DNA of 64,000 nt from Massalongia carnosa (GCA_965645245.1 OZ287072.1:2666001-2730000), one strand, 5' to 3'; counted from the stretch's first letter, positions 24,540-37,700 are shown. A program made the numbers and translations. Notes: generated by a model not told the origin, from the letters alone.

Positions 24540-26233
24540 TAATGCTCTGTACAAACTCACAAGACATCAAGAGTCACGGATTACGCGTTGAAGCATCTTG
24601 GTGATGAGGCAAAAGAGGCTGGAAAGCATACAGCCGTCACATCTTCTCGTGAAGTTCTCATGATTCAAGCATTCAACGGAGCCTCTCATATAGTCAATCT
24701 TGCAGAACGTACCTGCACGTGTTTGGAATTTCAGGACAAGAGGTTACCTTGTCGTCATGCAATTCTAGGTCAGGAGTATAATCTGAAGTCAGAGGTGCAT
24801 CTAGGTGATACATATAGGATGGAAACACATCGTAGCACGTACGGGACGTTTATGCCTCCTATTTGCATAGAAGATCTTCATTGTTCCTCCGATTGGCCTG
24901 CTCCTCTGATTCGTCGAAAAACTGGTCGTCTCAAAAAGAAGAGGCGGGAGAAAAAGAAGAAAAATCTTTGCATGAAATGCTCTTCTTTCTGCAGAAGTAC
25001 GGATCACAATCGACGCAGAATGTGATCAGGAAATTCCGCCTCAAGGGAGATGCCGAGACAATGATAACAACGAGGATTTGGATGACAGCTCCACAGCGAA
25101 TAGCACCATAGATAATGACAGGGAGAGTAGTTTCACTGGCTTTTCTGATTATCATGTTAATCCAGAAAGCCCTGGGCTTTCTGATTCTTCTAATTTTTCT
25201 GGTGAGGATGCGACGGTTTTTGCTTCCAATGTAAATGATCAAGCGGAGCAGTTTGGGTATTGGAATATTGGTATGAGTTGGAATGGAAGGGGTGGAGATA
25301 GGAGTGGTAATGGGAATGAGAATCGGAATAAGAATGGAGGAATTAGAAATATAAGTGCTAATGAGAAAGAGGGGATGAAGATGTGGGTGTTGATGAAAAT
25401 ACGATTTTACAAGAGCACTTCTTTATCAGAAGGTAGGTCAACTGCAATATCTATTTTATCTGAAAAATTATCAACTCATTGATTGCAGATTTAGGAGAGG
25501 ATTTGCCGTTTGAAGATGACGCCAGCGAGGATGATCGTGAATTGAAGGCTCAGTGAGCTGTTTCTAAGGATCCTGATGTTGCCTAATTAACCCACTACAT
25601 TGAGAAAAGTGGGGGCTTCAGTGGTATGTTTTCTGCTCAGTTGGCAAAGCATTTGAAGCATAAAGAGAGATATCCAGAAGATGCAGCCAACGAGATGCGA
25701 AAGAAAAGAAGTTGTCTTGCTCTCGACACCGGCATTGGTCCTCGTCTTACCAGAGAGCAATACTTTGATGCCACTGGGGAGTATGATATACCCGAGCCTC
25801 CCGATTATCCTCAGGATGGCTTATTTAAGCGTCCGTCATGGTCTCATAATTATGGAGATCGTCTTGAGGCCTGGGCTAGATGTGATCCGACGAAAGAATA
25901 TCCCGACAACCCACTGCGATCGTCGCGAGGTGCCGGCTATTGGAGGCGGCATGATCCGGCATGCCGGATGTCGAATAATCCACATCGAAATCCTGTCGAG
26001 GCTTCGTCTGGTTCATCAAGCGCGCCGAATGCTGTTGTCAATGACTCGATCGAGGCTTCGTCTGAGTCACTGACGAGGACCAGAAGAGTCAGAAAACTAA
26101 CGGGAAAGGGTCGGTGTGGGCAAATGAGGAGGGACCGACGGCTAGAGCGTTGAAGAGAGCAAGGACGGAGTCTCCGCCTGCGTCTCCAGTGAAGAGGAGA
26201 GGAAGGTATAGAAAGAAGATACAGAAGATAGTT
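24540..26233 (+). pseudogene. Mutator-like transposase 3' remnant (SWIM finger, Zn knuckle, long C-terminal extension)
   Basis: HIVNLAERTCTCLEFQDKRLPCRHA (SWIM), PLIRRKTGRLKKKR and KCS-FCRSTDHNRR. Intron-like segment at 25433-25488. Boundaries approximate. Confidence 0.7.
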
Positions 26234-26794
26234 AAGGTGACCCGGATAGATAAAGGGTTGGAGAGAATGGAGATGATGTACAGAGTATTGATATTGAATC
26301 ATTCCTGTTGTAATAGACAATTCGTCAGCATTTTTCATGTATAATACTGCAATTCTGAATATGAAACGTCGCAGTTGATTGACCAGATATATGCATTGAC
26401 TGATGAGGTTATTCAGTATCGAAAGAAAATGGGCTATAGGAGTAAGAAAATGGGGGTATGCGAGTAAGAAAAGTTTTGGGGGGAGTAATTTGCTGCTGCA
26501 AGTAATTTTTGGCTCGTTTTAAACGAGCTTCGTAGAAAATTCGTTGAGACTGTCAGTTTCCGTTGTGAAGTCGTCCGTGCTCGTAAATTGCGGGCGCTAC
26601 AGGCAAATGTGAAGTCAGTTTCAAGATCAAAAGTTGACAGTCTCAAAAAAAAACCTCCGGTCCCTTTAGTGGGAAAAATCGTGACTTTACTTGAGAGGGA
26701 AAATGCGGGGATTACGAGCTCGTTTTCAACGATAATCATGCGCTTTCGGCTCCCCAGGGACGCGCGCGGTGAGACTGTCCGATTGTGGGATTGA

Positions 26795-27403
26795 AGGTTC
26801 TCCAACTGCCTGACCTGTTGTATTATAGTTTCAACTGGTTATGAGCCCAGTCAGCTAGACCGAGTGACTGATTGATTCCACCAAAACCCCCCACTCTAGA
26901 AACGATTAATCCGTACACACTCACTTACTTTCTCTTATCTCGGAATGGATCTGTCCGCCACTGCTAGGCCCTTCATCGGAGCCATCAAGTTGTCCCTATC
27001 TCCATTATACCTCCACGGTCTATTAACCTTCCGCCAGCTCAACAGATCAACCCTGATGCCGTCCATGGTACCAAAAACTCGCTTTTCGCTCGATTTGACA
27101 TATGAATGGTAATGCAGCGAATTTTTCTCCGAAGTTGAAAAGGGCTCAGGAAATATTCGATGTCGTATTCATCATAATGACGAATGGATTGCTGCAAGCT
27201 AACGCTACTATGCTTTGTTGAAGTGAATTGTTGATCACTATAGTGCATGTACGAATATTTAGAAGGAATAGTTTTGATTATTTTCTATCGTGGGTGCTTT
27301 TTGAGCACCCACATCGGCTAAACTACCCTAGGCCCATTCCGGCTAAGCAGTCACCAACTGCCTGACACTTGTCCGTTAGACTAATGTTTAGCGTAACATC
27401 AAC
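26795..27403 (+). mobile_element. Decayed Copia remnant (LTR end, PBS and a related LTR-like fragment)
   Basis: ggttatgagcccag at 26837-26850 follows ttcaact. ccaactgcctgac is repeated at about 26802 and 27354. Confidence 0.4.
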
Positions 27404-28080
27404 ATGTTTCATTACGGAGGTTCCTTCTATAAAGTCTTAGTATTGGGCGTACACCTTGATAGTTATTGTTTGTACCCACTTTTCATGTTAAAACAATGGT
27501 CGTGGCTAAAACCGTTGGCTATGGCATCGGCTCATCTATTAACTAATCTATCTATCTAGCCATCATTCATTGACATAGTTAAGATCTCTAGTTTCGAAGA
27601 ACTCTCCGAAAAACTTGTCCTATGCATAGCACACCGCATCCTAAATCATCAGATCATTTCGTAGTATGTACGAACAGCCTGGATGATTGGGTTTTTCCAA
27701 GAAAAAATAGAAGCTGCTACGATGTCAATTCACACATGTGCTGTTATTTTTGATCGCCGTTTTTCCAGAAAAAAAGAAAGGGGGAGTCAGTATGCGGGAA
27801 CCTAAAGGGGCATGACTTACCCATCGCTGTATCGAAGAGGATGAATTAGCACGGCTGTATTAAGAGAACGTAACAGTGTTTACTTCCTAATATACACAGT
27901 ATGGTTTGATTAAAACTCTTCCTCAAACTTCCATTATCATCCCCTTTTCTCTCTCAGCTTTGCGAAATTATCAACCCATCTTGATTAATCCCCGCTTTCC
28001 TAGTCATCCTTTAAAAAAAGTCGATAAACTACAATTATTCTACGAGTATTCCTGAAGAAGAGAAACATCGAGTCAATCCA

Positions 28081-28694
28081 CTATTCGGGTTTCCTGGCTG
28101 AGCGGGCGACGGTGCAGTACCATTCCCCATATATCTAGTTCACAATGACACATCAGCGATTACTCTAGAAATCAAAGGTGTTGGGCATAAACTGACTGGA
28201 GATTTCTCGCAGCACTCCAGGACATGAATCGTGGAACAATGCGATGACAATTCCACTAGGACAAAGAATAAGTTAGCCCTGAGCCGGTCTTGAAGTAACG
28301 GAGAGGTTGATAGACGTAACGTACCTTCAATGCAGCCTTCATCGGTGATATTTGCGGACGTCGTTTTAATTTCCTCATTGCAGCAGATCATTAGGTCGAA
28401 GCCACACGAATCATCGGGAGAGTAGAGAAACGTTGCGGTTGTTTTCTTTGCAACAAAGATCGGGTTATTTAGATAGAAGATTGATTCGCCTGAGTCGCTG
28501 CCTGGAGTGAATGCAAGCAGAGCCAAGGGCTTATTGCCCGTATCATCGTAGGCTGCAAGATCTGGAGATTTTTCATCGAGGGAAGAAACGTCTTGGAAAT
28601 ATGAAGCCGGGATAGCCAAGATCGACGGCAAAAGGGAAAGGTATGTAATAAAAATATATACAGCAAGAAGAGCAGCCAGCTCTTTATTTCTCAT
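28081..28694 (-). CDS. Small secreted Cys-rich protein with a hydrophobin-like 8-Cys pattern, 160 aa (exons 28694-28325, 28255-28197, 28134-28081)
   Basis: Signal-peptide-like MRNKELAALLAVYIFITYLSLLPSILA. Introns 28324-28256 (GTACGT...GCTAAC...TAG) and 28196-28135 (GTCAGT...GCTGAT...TAG). Spliced product has C-X6-CC-X15-C-X8-C-X7-CC-X10-C. Confidence 0.75.
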
Positions 28695-30202
28695 TCTAAG
28701 TTTAGGAGACTGAGCGTGAGAACGGACCAAATGAACTGCAACAAGCAACGACACCTTCTGCATGCTTCTTTTTACAGCGTGATGACCACCATGCAGCGAT
28801 AAACCAACCCTAGTATCAGCTGCTCGTCCCACCTAGCCAAAGGCCGAGAATATTCCCCGCCACCCGGGAGCGATACAACCATGTTTCTAGCTCCCTACGC
28901 TCTCCAGGGAATCGACTTCATGCAAATATCGAAGAAAATGCCACTTGGAAATCGACAATCGGTATTGCTCGGGCCAAGGCATTCTCGGTAAACAGAACTG
29001 GCCCTAGGAAACGACGTCCACGTGGCTCTGAAACAGGGTCGGGGATACGGCTTGAGGAGAGAGCCGGGAAACCTCCAATTCTAGCAACGCTGCAACGCTG
29101 TTCGGAGTTGGCGCGGATCACGCTCTCGTCACCACTTTTCTCTTGTTTGTTTGTTCTCCTGTACCTCTAGCTATAGTGGATCACGCACACCACCTAGTTT
29201 ATCCCCTCTCAAAATTAACATCATTAAAGACACAGTAGGCTGCTCTGAAGCAGAATTCATCGAAGCTGTTAAAGCTGCTTCCTTTGACACTGAGCGAGTT
29301 AGGATTTAATCCTGATAGATATGCATATTTTTCACTTATCGTAATGTCAATCGCTGATATAAGCATCATCAGCGCTCCTTTCATAAGGTTGATGTCGTTA
29401 TAGTAACGGCCGGCATGCGGCGGGTCTTCACTTCTTTCGCGTCTCTTGTTCATCTTCTTTCATCACCAATCAAAACTTCACCATGAATCGTGTTTCGCTG
29501 TTTCTCGCCTTCATTTTCTTCTACTGAGTCTTATATAGATGAAGTATGACTCGAATTCGGGGTTCGCACTTACAGCGTCGATGAATCACGCAGTACACTC
29601 GATACCTCTTTGTATTCATGTGGGGACGGTGTACTAACGATGTCTTGTTACCTTCTAGGGTCGCTCAAACACTAGAACAGCAATATACGCAAAGATGGCC
29701 GCGTTTCATCAGTCACAGTTTTGGAAGGCGGCGTTCTTACAATTGTTTTTCTTCACAAATCGCGCGTATAATAGTCTACGCAGACAATTCTTTATTTGTT
29801 GTTCACATGTTCCTTCATCTGCTACTTTATGTGCTGTCCATGTAGTACTCAATTTATTGCTCATGTTGTGCTGTTCACATGGTACTGCATTTATTGTTCA
29901 TACAGTCTATGGTAGAGTAGTCGCACAGTCTTCTATGAATCACTTCATAATATCACGCTTATTATTCCAGAATTATAGATAACTCCATTTATCTGTAATA
30001 GTAACATGTGAATTTTACTCTATTATCGCACATGCAACTTAATTTCAGTGGCGGATGTTTCTTCACAGGGCTCATTTCTGATTATAAAACCTAGTTCGAA
30101 ACCTGTCTCGCTCCTCGATTGTCTGATTCTATTTCGATAAACTACAACTTAAATTTTAACTACATATCAACCTTTCACTAGATTTCTTGAGTAGTCGTCG
30201 CA

Positions 30203-31483
30203 ATGGCAGAGCGCATCATCTATCCTACTCGCTCCTGGTTACGTGACGCATACCCCAGAGAGTTTCGGGAAGTCTGCAATAAGATTCAACAGGCTGTGCA
30301 AGCATGTTGTCCAGACGAAATCAATCGATATGCAAAGGTCAATGTTCTAGGTATACATTGGTCCAACGATACTATAGGTGTCAAGCCTCTCACCTCTGAG
30401 CTATTAAACGACGTGTTTCGAGACATGTACAATTTCGCTACCGAGATTTACGAGATCGCTACAACGGCATCAAATGGGACTCTCTACTCCTCCAACGAGG
30501 TAAAATCTCGATTCAGTCGTATCTTTCAAGCCTGGATCGCCAAAAACGAGGGAGATGATAACCTCCTTATTGTTTATTATAGCGGGCATGGTCAGGCTAC
30601 CAAGCGTTATTCAGGAACCCAGTTCGATTGTTTTGAATGGACGTAAGTCGAGTGTTTTACTGTTCATGATTCTAGGCTGAAATGATACAGTGGAGATCAA
30701 GGCAATATTTATATCAATTGGTGGATTCATCAGGGGAATCTTATGGACGCACGTGGTCATAAGCTAGTTCTCCTGGATTGTTGCAATGCCGCATCGGCCG
30801 GGATTGGTATTAGTGGAAGATTGGAAGTACTTGCAGCTTCTGGATTTGAAACCATCGCATCCTCCGAGCTTCAGATCAGCTTTACCAAACATATGATTGA
30901 TATACTCAAAGAAGCAAAGGGAGCCGCTGTCAACGTGAGCGCTTTGTGCGCCCGCATGGTCGACGATGCATTAAGAACCAAACTCGAAGCCACACCTTGG
31001 CAGGGTGCTGCTACCACTCAACCTCCTGTTACTCTCAAAGCCGTTCATTCTACACGAGCCTCTCGGACTTATAAAATACAAGCAGCAGGCAATGGTAAAG
31101 TCCTGATTTCCGTGTCACTCGCCGGCAAAGCGAAACTGCCGGATTATAAAGAGTTCGTGAAATGGCTATCGGAAAACATCCCCTCGGATGTCGGATCTAT
31201 CACGGTGGACGGCGTTTTCGACGCAAATTCAACGAAATATCTACTGACGGTGCCGATAGCGGTCTGGCTCAACTTGCCAGAATACGATTGCTTTCACTTC
31301 GTCGCGCACGTCAGGTCGGGAAATAAATTGTTGACCTTGAACGCTGCTGCTGTTGATGCTGTCGAGGGAACTGCATCACTGCCATTACGGCGAAAAGAAA
31401 ACCTGCCGCCCGGCGGCTTTTCCAGGGAGTCTGGACCTGGATCTAGTACGGGTTTGGTCGACTCGGTTTATCAAGAAAAGTAA
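30203..31483 (+). CDS. Caspase-fold (peptidase C14/CHAT-like) protein, 410 aa, intron 30643-30690
   Basis: A GTAAGT...CAG intron joins the two ORFs in frame. LLIVYYSGHG (His) and LVLLDCC (Cys) dyad, followed by EVLAASG and SFT motifs. Confidence 0.8.
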
Positions 31484-31716
31484 AAGGCAAAGAAACAACG
31501 GTTGTAAAGAAGCGAAAAAGCGGGGATTGTAATGCGAAACCGTCGAGGGATTTTTATATAATTGTAAACTATTAAAGTAGATTGGTTACTGTAATATAAT
31601 TATTGTAAAAACTGAATTAATCTCGTTAGCGGTTTGGCCAATTGACTAGCATATTACATTACTCTCTCGTTACTCTCTGTATGAGGAATGGTACTCTATA
31701 TTAACTAAGTTCTCTT

Positions 31717-32012
31717 TGTTAGATGGTAAGGACTAACATCTAACATCCATCTAGTTGTTAGATGGTAAGTGTTAGACTGTTAGACTACCATCATGGGCAT
31801 CCATCTAGTGCTTATCTTCGGTTACCCTACCACGGGGGCCGAAGTGACCTCCAGGGACCAAAAATCGGTGGACCAGCTGACTCCCTATGAAAGGGGGTCC
31901 CCGGAAAGTCTTCAATGTGACTGCTATATAATGAGTAGATAGCTCACATATAATCCACACCTTCAATGACAATCATGCTATTATACCTACAAAGTGAATC
32001 AATAATTTCATA
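31717..32012 (+). mobile_element. Solo LTR, Copia C-related family
   Basis: TSD CTCTT (31712-31716 and 32013-32017), TG...TA ends, similar to 19379-19641. Confidence 0.88.
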
Positions 32013-32046
32013 CTCTTCGGGTCTTTCCTTCTCAATGTCAACCTAA

Positions 32047-33695
32047 TGTCAGGCGATTAGGGGTCACATGACCCGCCATGGGTCACATGACCCACGAATC
32101 CCTATTAGATATATCCCTCAGTTAGCTAGCTTAGACCTCCCATATATCAATACACACCACTCCTTTTTACCCATATTCCACATTAGCCGATACAGCTTGA
32201 TAGTTATGAGCCCGGTGAGCATAGAAGCTTCAAATTCCTACTCATTGATCTAGCTGAATAAAACCCTCTTCCCAAAACGATCCAACAAAACGATCAAAAT
32301 GGAGGAGACCAACAAAGCAACGATGATCGCCCTAACTCCCAAGAATTATCATCTATGAATTAGGGAATTACAAGGAATATCCGAGAAAGCGAAGGTTTGG
32401 CAATATGTGGACCCCAATGGTTCAAAACCGGAGCCCGAAGAGGGAGAATATCCGGAAGTTTCACAATATCAAGTCCCTATTCAAGCACAGCCAGCAGGTG
32501 GAATTGCTTACCCCATTATAGAAGGTGGAGTTGTAATAGCCACGAAATCGGCTGAGAAATACGGCGATTTATCGGCTGAGCAAAAGGAGGAGTATAAAAT
32601 GGAGATATCAGCCTATAAGATGAAGGAAAGATAGGTGGAGAAGGTCGCCCAAGGACTCAGAATAGTGGACAATGCACTAAAGAGCTCCGCACGAGCATAC
32701 ATCCCCCCCTATAAGATGGCTTCATCGGTTAGGGAAATAGTGAAAATTCTGGCTACAAGATATAAGCGGTCAGATGACCAAGTCATAGAGCAATTGCATG
32801 AGCAATTTCTAGCCCTAAAAACCCCGCCCATTAAAGGTAAAATAGAGGCATGGGTAGCTGATTAGGAGAATATTAAGGGACAAATTGTAGAGCTCAATGT
32901 AACGGGCCTATTTGGCTCCGAGACCATATTCATCAATGAATTTCTCCAATCAGGGAAGAAATGGGCGCCCAATTTCTGTGAAAACTGGGTAATGCAGCAT
33001 AGGGCTGCTAAGACGACGGTTGAATTTTACGAGACAACCAGGGAATATCATTTAGCCGTGGAATCATTCCTGAATGAGGCAAAATCAACGTCTAGAAATC
33101 AAGCTAATGCAGCCTCGCTGCAGGAGCAAATGCAAGACGAAAATAAAGGTCCGGGGCCTAGCCAATCAAGTCAATGGAATGGCCAATCAAAAGAGGCCAG
33201 ATTCAAGGATAGAAAGTGCGTATGTGGGAAAATACACCTGTTTAGGCTATGCCCCATATATCGTCAAATCAGCTCGCCCCCCTGCATGGAAGAAAGATAA
33301 AACCGTACGCAATGAAATGCGTCAGAAAATTCAGTCAAACATTCGGTTTTTCATGGCCATTAAGAAGATCACCGACACCAACATACTAGATGGAATAACT
33401 GAGGAGTCAGTCAAACAGAGCTCCCAAAAGCAGAGAATGATCAACATAATCAAGGCAATCACATTGAATTGCCTGGTCAATCCTTCTCGTTTGCGAATGT
33501 TACATCTAGGGTAAATAACCCCTTGCATAAAAGCGTCATATTTGACTCCGGATGCGATAACCCTCTGACCTATGATAAATCACGGTTTATAGGAGAAATA
33601 ACCCCAACTTCGTCAGACATGTGGGTGGACACCCCCGACAGGGAGATGAAAATCCATGGTCATGGCACAATGAGGGAAATGGCCTATTGAATGGC
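32047..33695 (+). mobile_element. Second, 3'-truncated and decayed copy of Copia A
   Basis: LTR 32047-32202, PBS at 32203, gag/protease near-identical to copy 1 with stops and indels. Ends at a Mutator TIR. Confidence 0.93.
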
Positions 33696-34765
33696 CGAGA
33701 TGCTTAGGGACAGTCCCCCCCTGTGTAAATCTTTACTAGTAAACAGCCATTTTACTACTCATCCAGGGTGCGTACAAGCTAGCAGTTACACTACGGATTA
33801 ATAATGTTGCTGTTACCGACTAAGTGTATTCCACACCTACAAATCTACCGATTGCGATGACTTCAACTCCAAAAACTCGTCAGCCAATTGCGATACATTA
33901 TCTTTTCTAGGCTTCATGGTTTTAGCCACCTCTCTCATCGCCGTTTCCTTTCTCGCTTGAGCCCCAGCCTGTTTGACTGATTTCTCAACTCTTTGCTGAG
34001 ATTCCAACTCCAACTGAGCCTTTGATTTCTTCGCCACACCCCGAGACCTTCGCGTTGTTGCAGAAGAAGTAGGGAGAATTTGACTGGCGCGCACGATTTG
34101 ACTGAGACGATAAAGAGATGAAGGCGGCGCTGCCTGAGGTAGGGCTTTTTGACTATGCTTGGCAAGCACATCGTCAATATCTTCGAGCGAATCCGAACAT
34201 CATTATCGTCATCTGAAGGAAGCATAGGATCCATAGAACAACCGAGGATGGGCTGAGTGCTTATATACTGCACCTCGTCATCGTCGTCGGAGACGATAGA
34301 CGCGTTTTCGATTCTCTCCATAACTAAGTTTTCTCCTAAACCTATTGTACCCAATATTAGCCGACCCGAGCGCAATAACTTTGCAACATCGTGAATTTTA
34401 CCTTCTGTTTCACCTTCAACCTCATCGTCGCCCCCAGCACGCAATCTATTATATCTAAGCCTCCTCCCTTGTTGTAAGGTAGCTGTCGTCGATTCTTTTC
34501 AACCGCTATTAAACTAAAATTTATCTACAAAGAAAGAAAAGAATTATTGTGCGCGACTCGCTAGAAATATCTGCGTCGAGTGTCGCGCTAGCCTCGCGCG
34601 ATCCCGTGATCCCTCTTTCTATCTCGGCTGGCGCTAAGCCTAACCGGTTACCTCGAACACCTCTAAGGTCAACCTTCTATCTCTATGTCAGGCTAGGACC
34701 CTGACACTATCCCCCCCTTCTATGGGCGAGGTCTCCGAAGCGCTAAGTGGCAGGCGCCCTGTCAG

Positions 34766-37700
34766 CTAGCCTGTTTCTGTCAGGTCTTCTGGTGGTTTCG
34801 GCTTATGTGGGTGTTCGCGATGATATTGAAGGATTTTATCCTTGGAGTTCTTGAAGTCGGTCCATGATTGCCAGTAAGGGTTCGCATTCCATTCGTCCCA
34901 GTTGCCGACGAAAGTTGCTTTGTACTGCACTCCGAATTTCCTTGTTTCGCGGCAGTCTACTATTTCAAGGACTTCCCACTCTTCGTGAGCCTCCTCTTCG
35001 TCGTTCTCGACAATGGCTATGGGCGGTCCGGGCGGTAAGACTTGACCTGGGAATGGATTGGAAGGTGCTAGATGTAGCTTCCATGGATGAAAGATGGAAG
35101 TAAGATCAACGTTCTTTAACTGATCCGGGATCTCTAGTTCGTAGGCTTTATTGTCGATAATTCTTATTATCTTCCACGGGCCTGCGTTCTTGAAACTTAA
35201 CGATCTGCTGGGTCTTTCGAAAGCGAAATGTTTGGCGTTAACATAAACCATGTCCCCGACCTTGTATTCGGGATGAGGTTGGCGGCCTTTGTTTGCATGC
35301 CTTGTTTGTTCTTCCTGAGCCCAGGCTAATTGATCTCGAAGCCAGGTTCGCATGGCTTCCTGTCGTTCTATGATCTTGTCAGCGTGCAGTATCTCCGCTC
35401 TTCCTTTTCCTTCATATGTGCCTGGTGGTTCGATGCCACAGCGCGGATGAAAGCCATGATCTGCGAAGAATGGGGTCATTCCCGTAGATACATTTACATG
35501 ATTGTTGGCGGCAAACTCTGCGTCCGAGAGATAATCCACCCAGTTGTCTTGTGTGTAACTGACGTACGCTCGGAGGTAGTTCTTCATCACCTTGTTGGCG
35601 TTCTCGGTTTGACCGTCTGTTTCGGGGTGATGTGCGGAAGAGAATTTTATTCTCACCCCGTATCTTTCGCAAACTCTTTTCCATAAGTGAGCGGTTAGTT
35701 GACTACCGCGATCGTTGACTGTTGATATAGGGAATCCGTAAGAGGAGAATAATCTTCTGGACATCGCGTCCATCAGTTCGTCAGTAGAGAGAGATGTTAG
35801 TGGTTCGTATAATCGTCTTTTCGTTAAACGATCTACTATCACCAATATGTGCTGATAGACTCTGTTCCGTCTTCGGCATTCTGGAAGAAATTCAACGAAG
35901 TCCAATGATACGTCCATCCATTTTCTATTCGGGATGGGGAGAGGATTCAACAGTCCCTGCTTCTTGTCGTTGTATGCTTTTGATCTACGACATACTGAGC
36001 AGTTCACGGCGTATCTCTTGCAGTGCTCCTTCATGTCGAACCAGAAGTAATTTTCTCTCATTATTTGATACATACTTTTGTATCCCGGATGGCCCTGTAA
36101 TGGTGGTTCGTGATGCTTTTGCAGTAAATGCAATTGCAATGACTCGTGATCTGGTACGTATAATCTTCCTTTGACATACAGCTTGTCGTTTTCTAATTTG
36201 AGGTCCCCCATGGCTAGCTTTATCCCTCTTTTTATGAGGTTCAGTGGGAGTTTTCTCAGTTCCTTCTTCTTTGCTGCTATTATGTCTTGAACCGTTTCGT
36301 CCTTTTCGTAAGCCTCTTCTATTAGTTCTTCCAAGGTCTTCGTTATCGAGCTCTCGGTCACGTCGGTCACTGGTGTATGTTCTGCGTTAGGTTCCTCTGA
36401 TTCTGTTGCGTCTTCCTCAGTGGCTACGCTTCGATCATCTTGATCGTTATCGTTATCGTCGTCTATCGTGTTTGCGCAGAACACGACCGCTAACGCTTTT
36501 CGTATATCGTCATCTAGTTGATGCTCCTGCAACAACGTTTGAAATTGATGTTGCTCTCTGATATCTTCGAATCCCTTCGGGAGATCTTGAGAGCGTCGGG
36601 TCAGCGTGTCCGGTTTTTCTCCTTGCTTCCCCGGTCGATACATTATCTTGAAATTAAACTCGGAAAGAAATTCAGCCCATCTGGCTTGTCTTCTGTTTAG
36701 CTGCTTTGTCGTCATAAAATGCTCCAAATTCTTGTGATCGGTGTATACTTTAACGGGTTTGTCAGGAGCAGCACTTGCAACTTCGGGACGCCAGACTTCG
36801 AAGCTCTTTACAATTGCGAGGAGCTCCTTATCGTAAATCATATAGTTACACTCGGCAGGGGTCATCTTTTTGGAGAAATAAGCCACTGGTTTCAGTACTC
36901 CGTCGTGCATTTGAGAGAGTACTCCGGCGCTAACGAAATCTGAAGAGTCAGTCTCGACCCACGTTTCCAGGGCCGGGTCGTAATGTGCTAAAGCGGGAGC
37001 GGTGGTGAATGCATTCTTTAAATCTTCGAAGGCTTTCTGACAATCTTCGGACCAAACGAACGAGTTATACTTGGTTCGTTTCTTTCCTGATTTAGTTGTT
37101 ATTTGTTCACCCTTCGTTAACTCTGTTAATGGTCTCGTTCGTTGCGAAAACCTCGATATAAATCGTCGATAAAAATTCGCAAAGCCTAAGAATGCTTGCA
37201 CGTCTTTGACGGATCCTGGGGTCTCCCATTTTAGAATCGCCTCGATTTTCTCCGGGTCCATTTTTATCCCCTCGGTGGTGACTATCAGTCCAAGATACTT
37301 TACCTTCGTTACGGAGAATTCGCATTTGTCTATATCCACTTGCAGTCCTTTCTCTTTCAATCGAGTTAGGACTATTAACACTTGTTCGGAATGCTCTTCT
37401 TCGTTTTCGCTGTAAATCAAGACATCGTCTAAATACGCCGTGCAGAAAACGTCTAAATATTCTCTGACTGTGTCGTTGATGAAGCTTTGAAAAGTCCCTG
37501 GAGCGTTGCAGAGACCGAATGGCATAACCAGATATTCGAACTGACCATATCTGGTATTGAAAGCTGTGAGCCACTCATGGCCTTCTTTCATTCTCATACG
37601 ATTGAACGCGCTAATCACATCCAGTTTCGTGAACTTCTTGGCTTGCGACAGTTTTCCCAATGTCTCATTTATCAACGGTATTGGATACCTGTTCTTGATG

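Noticed and set aside
28140..28832. 230-aa single-exon ORF as listed in the track
   Set aside because: It has a non-ATG start and reads through a 69-bp in-frame intron. The spliced model from 28694 gives a signal peptide and a complete 8-Cys pattern.
28918..29982. Short ORFs between the two host genes
   Set aside because: They have no motifs or convincing splice structure and are treated as intergenic or promoter DNA.
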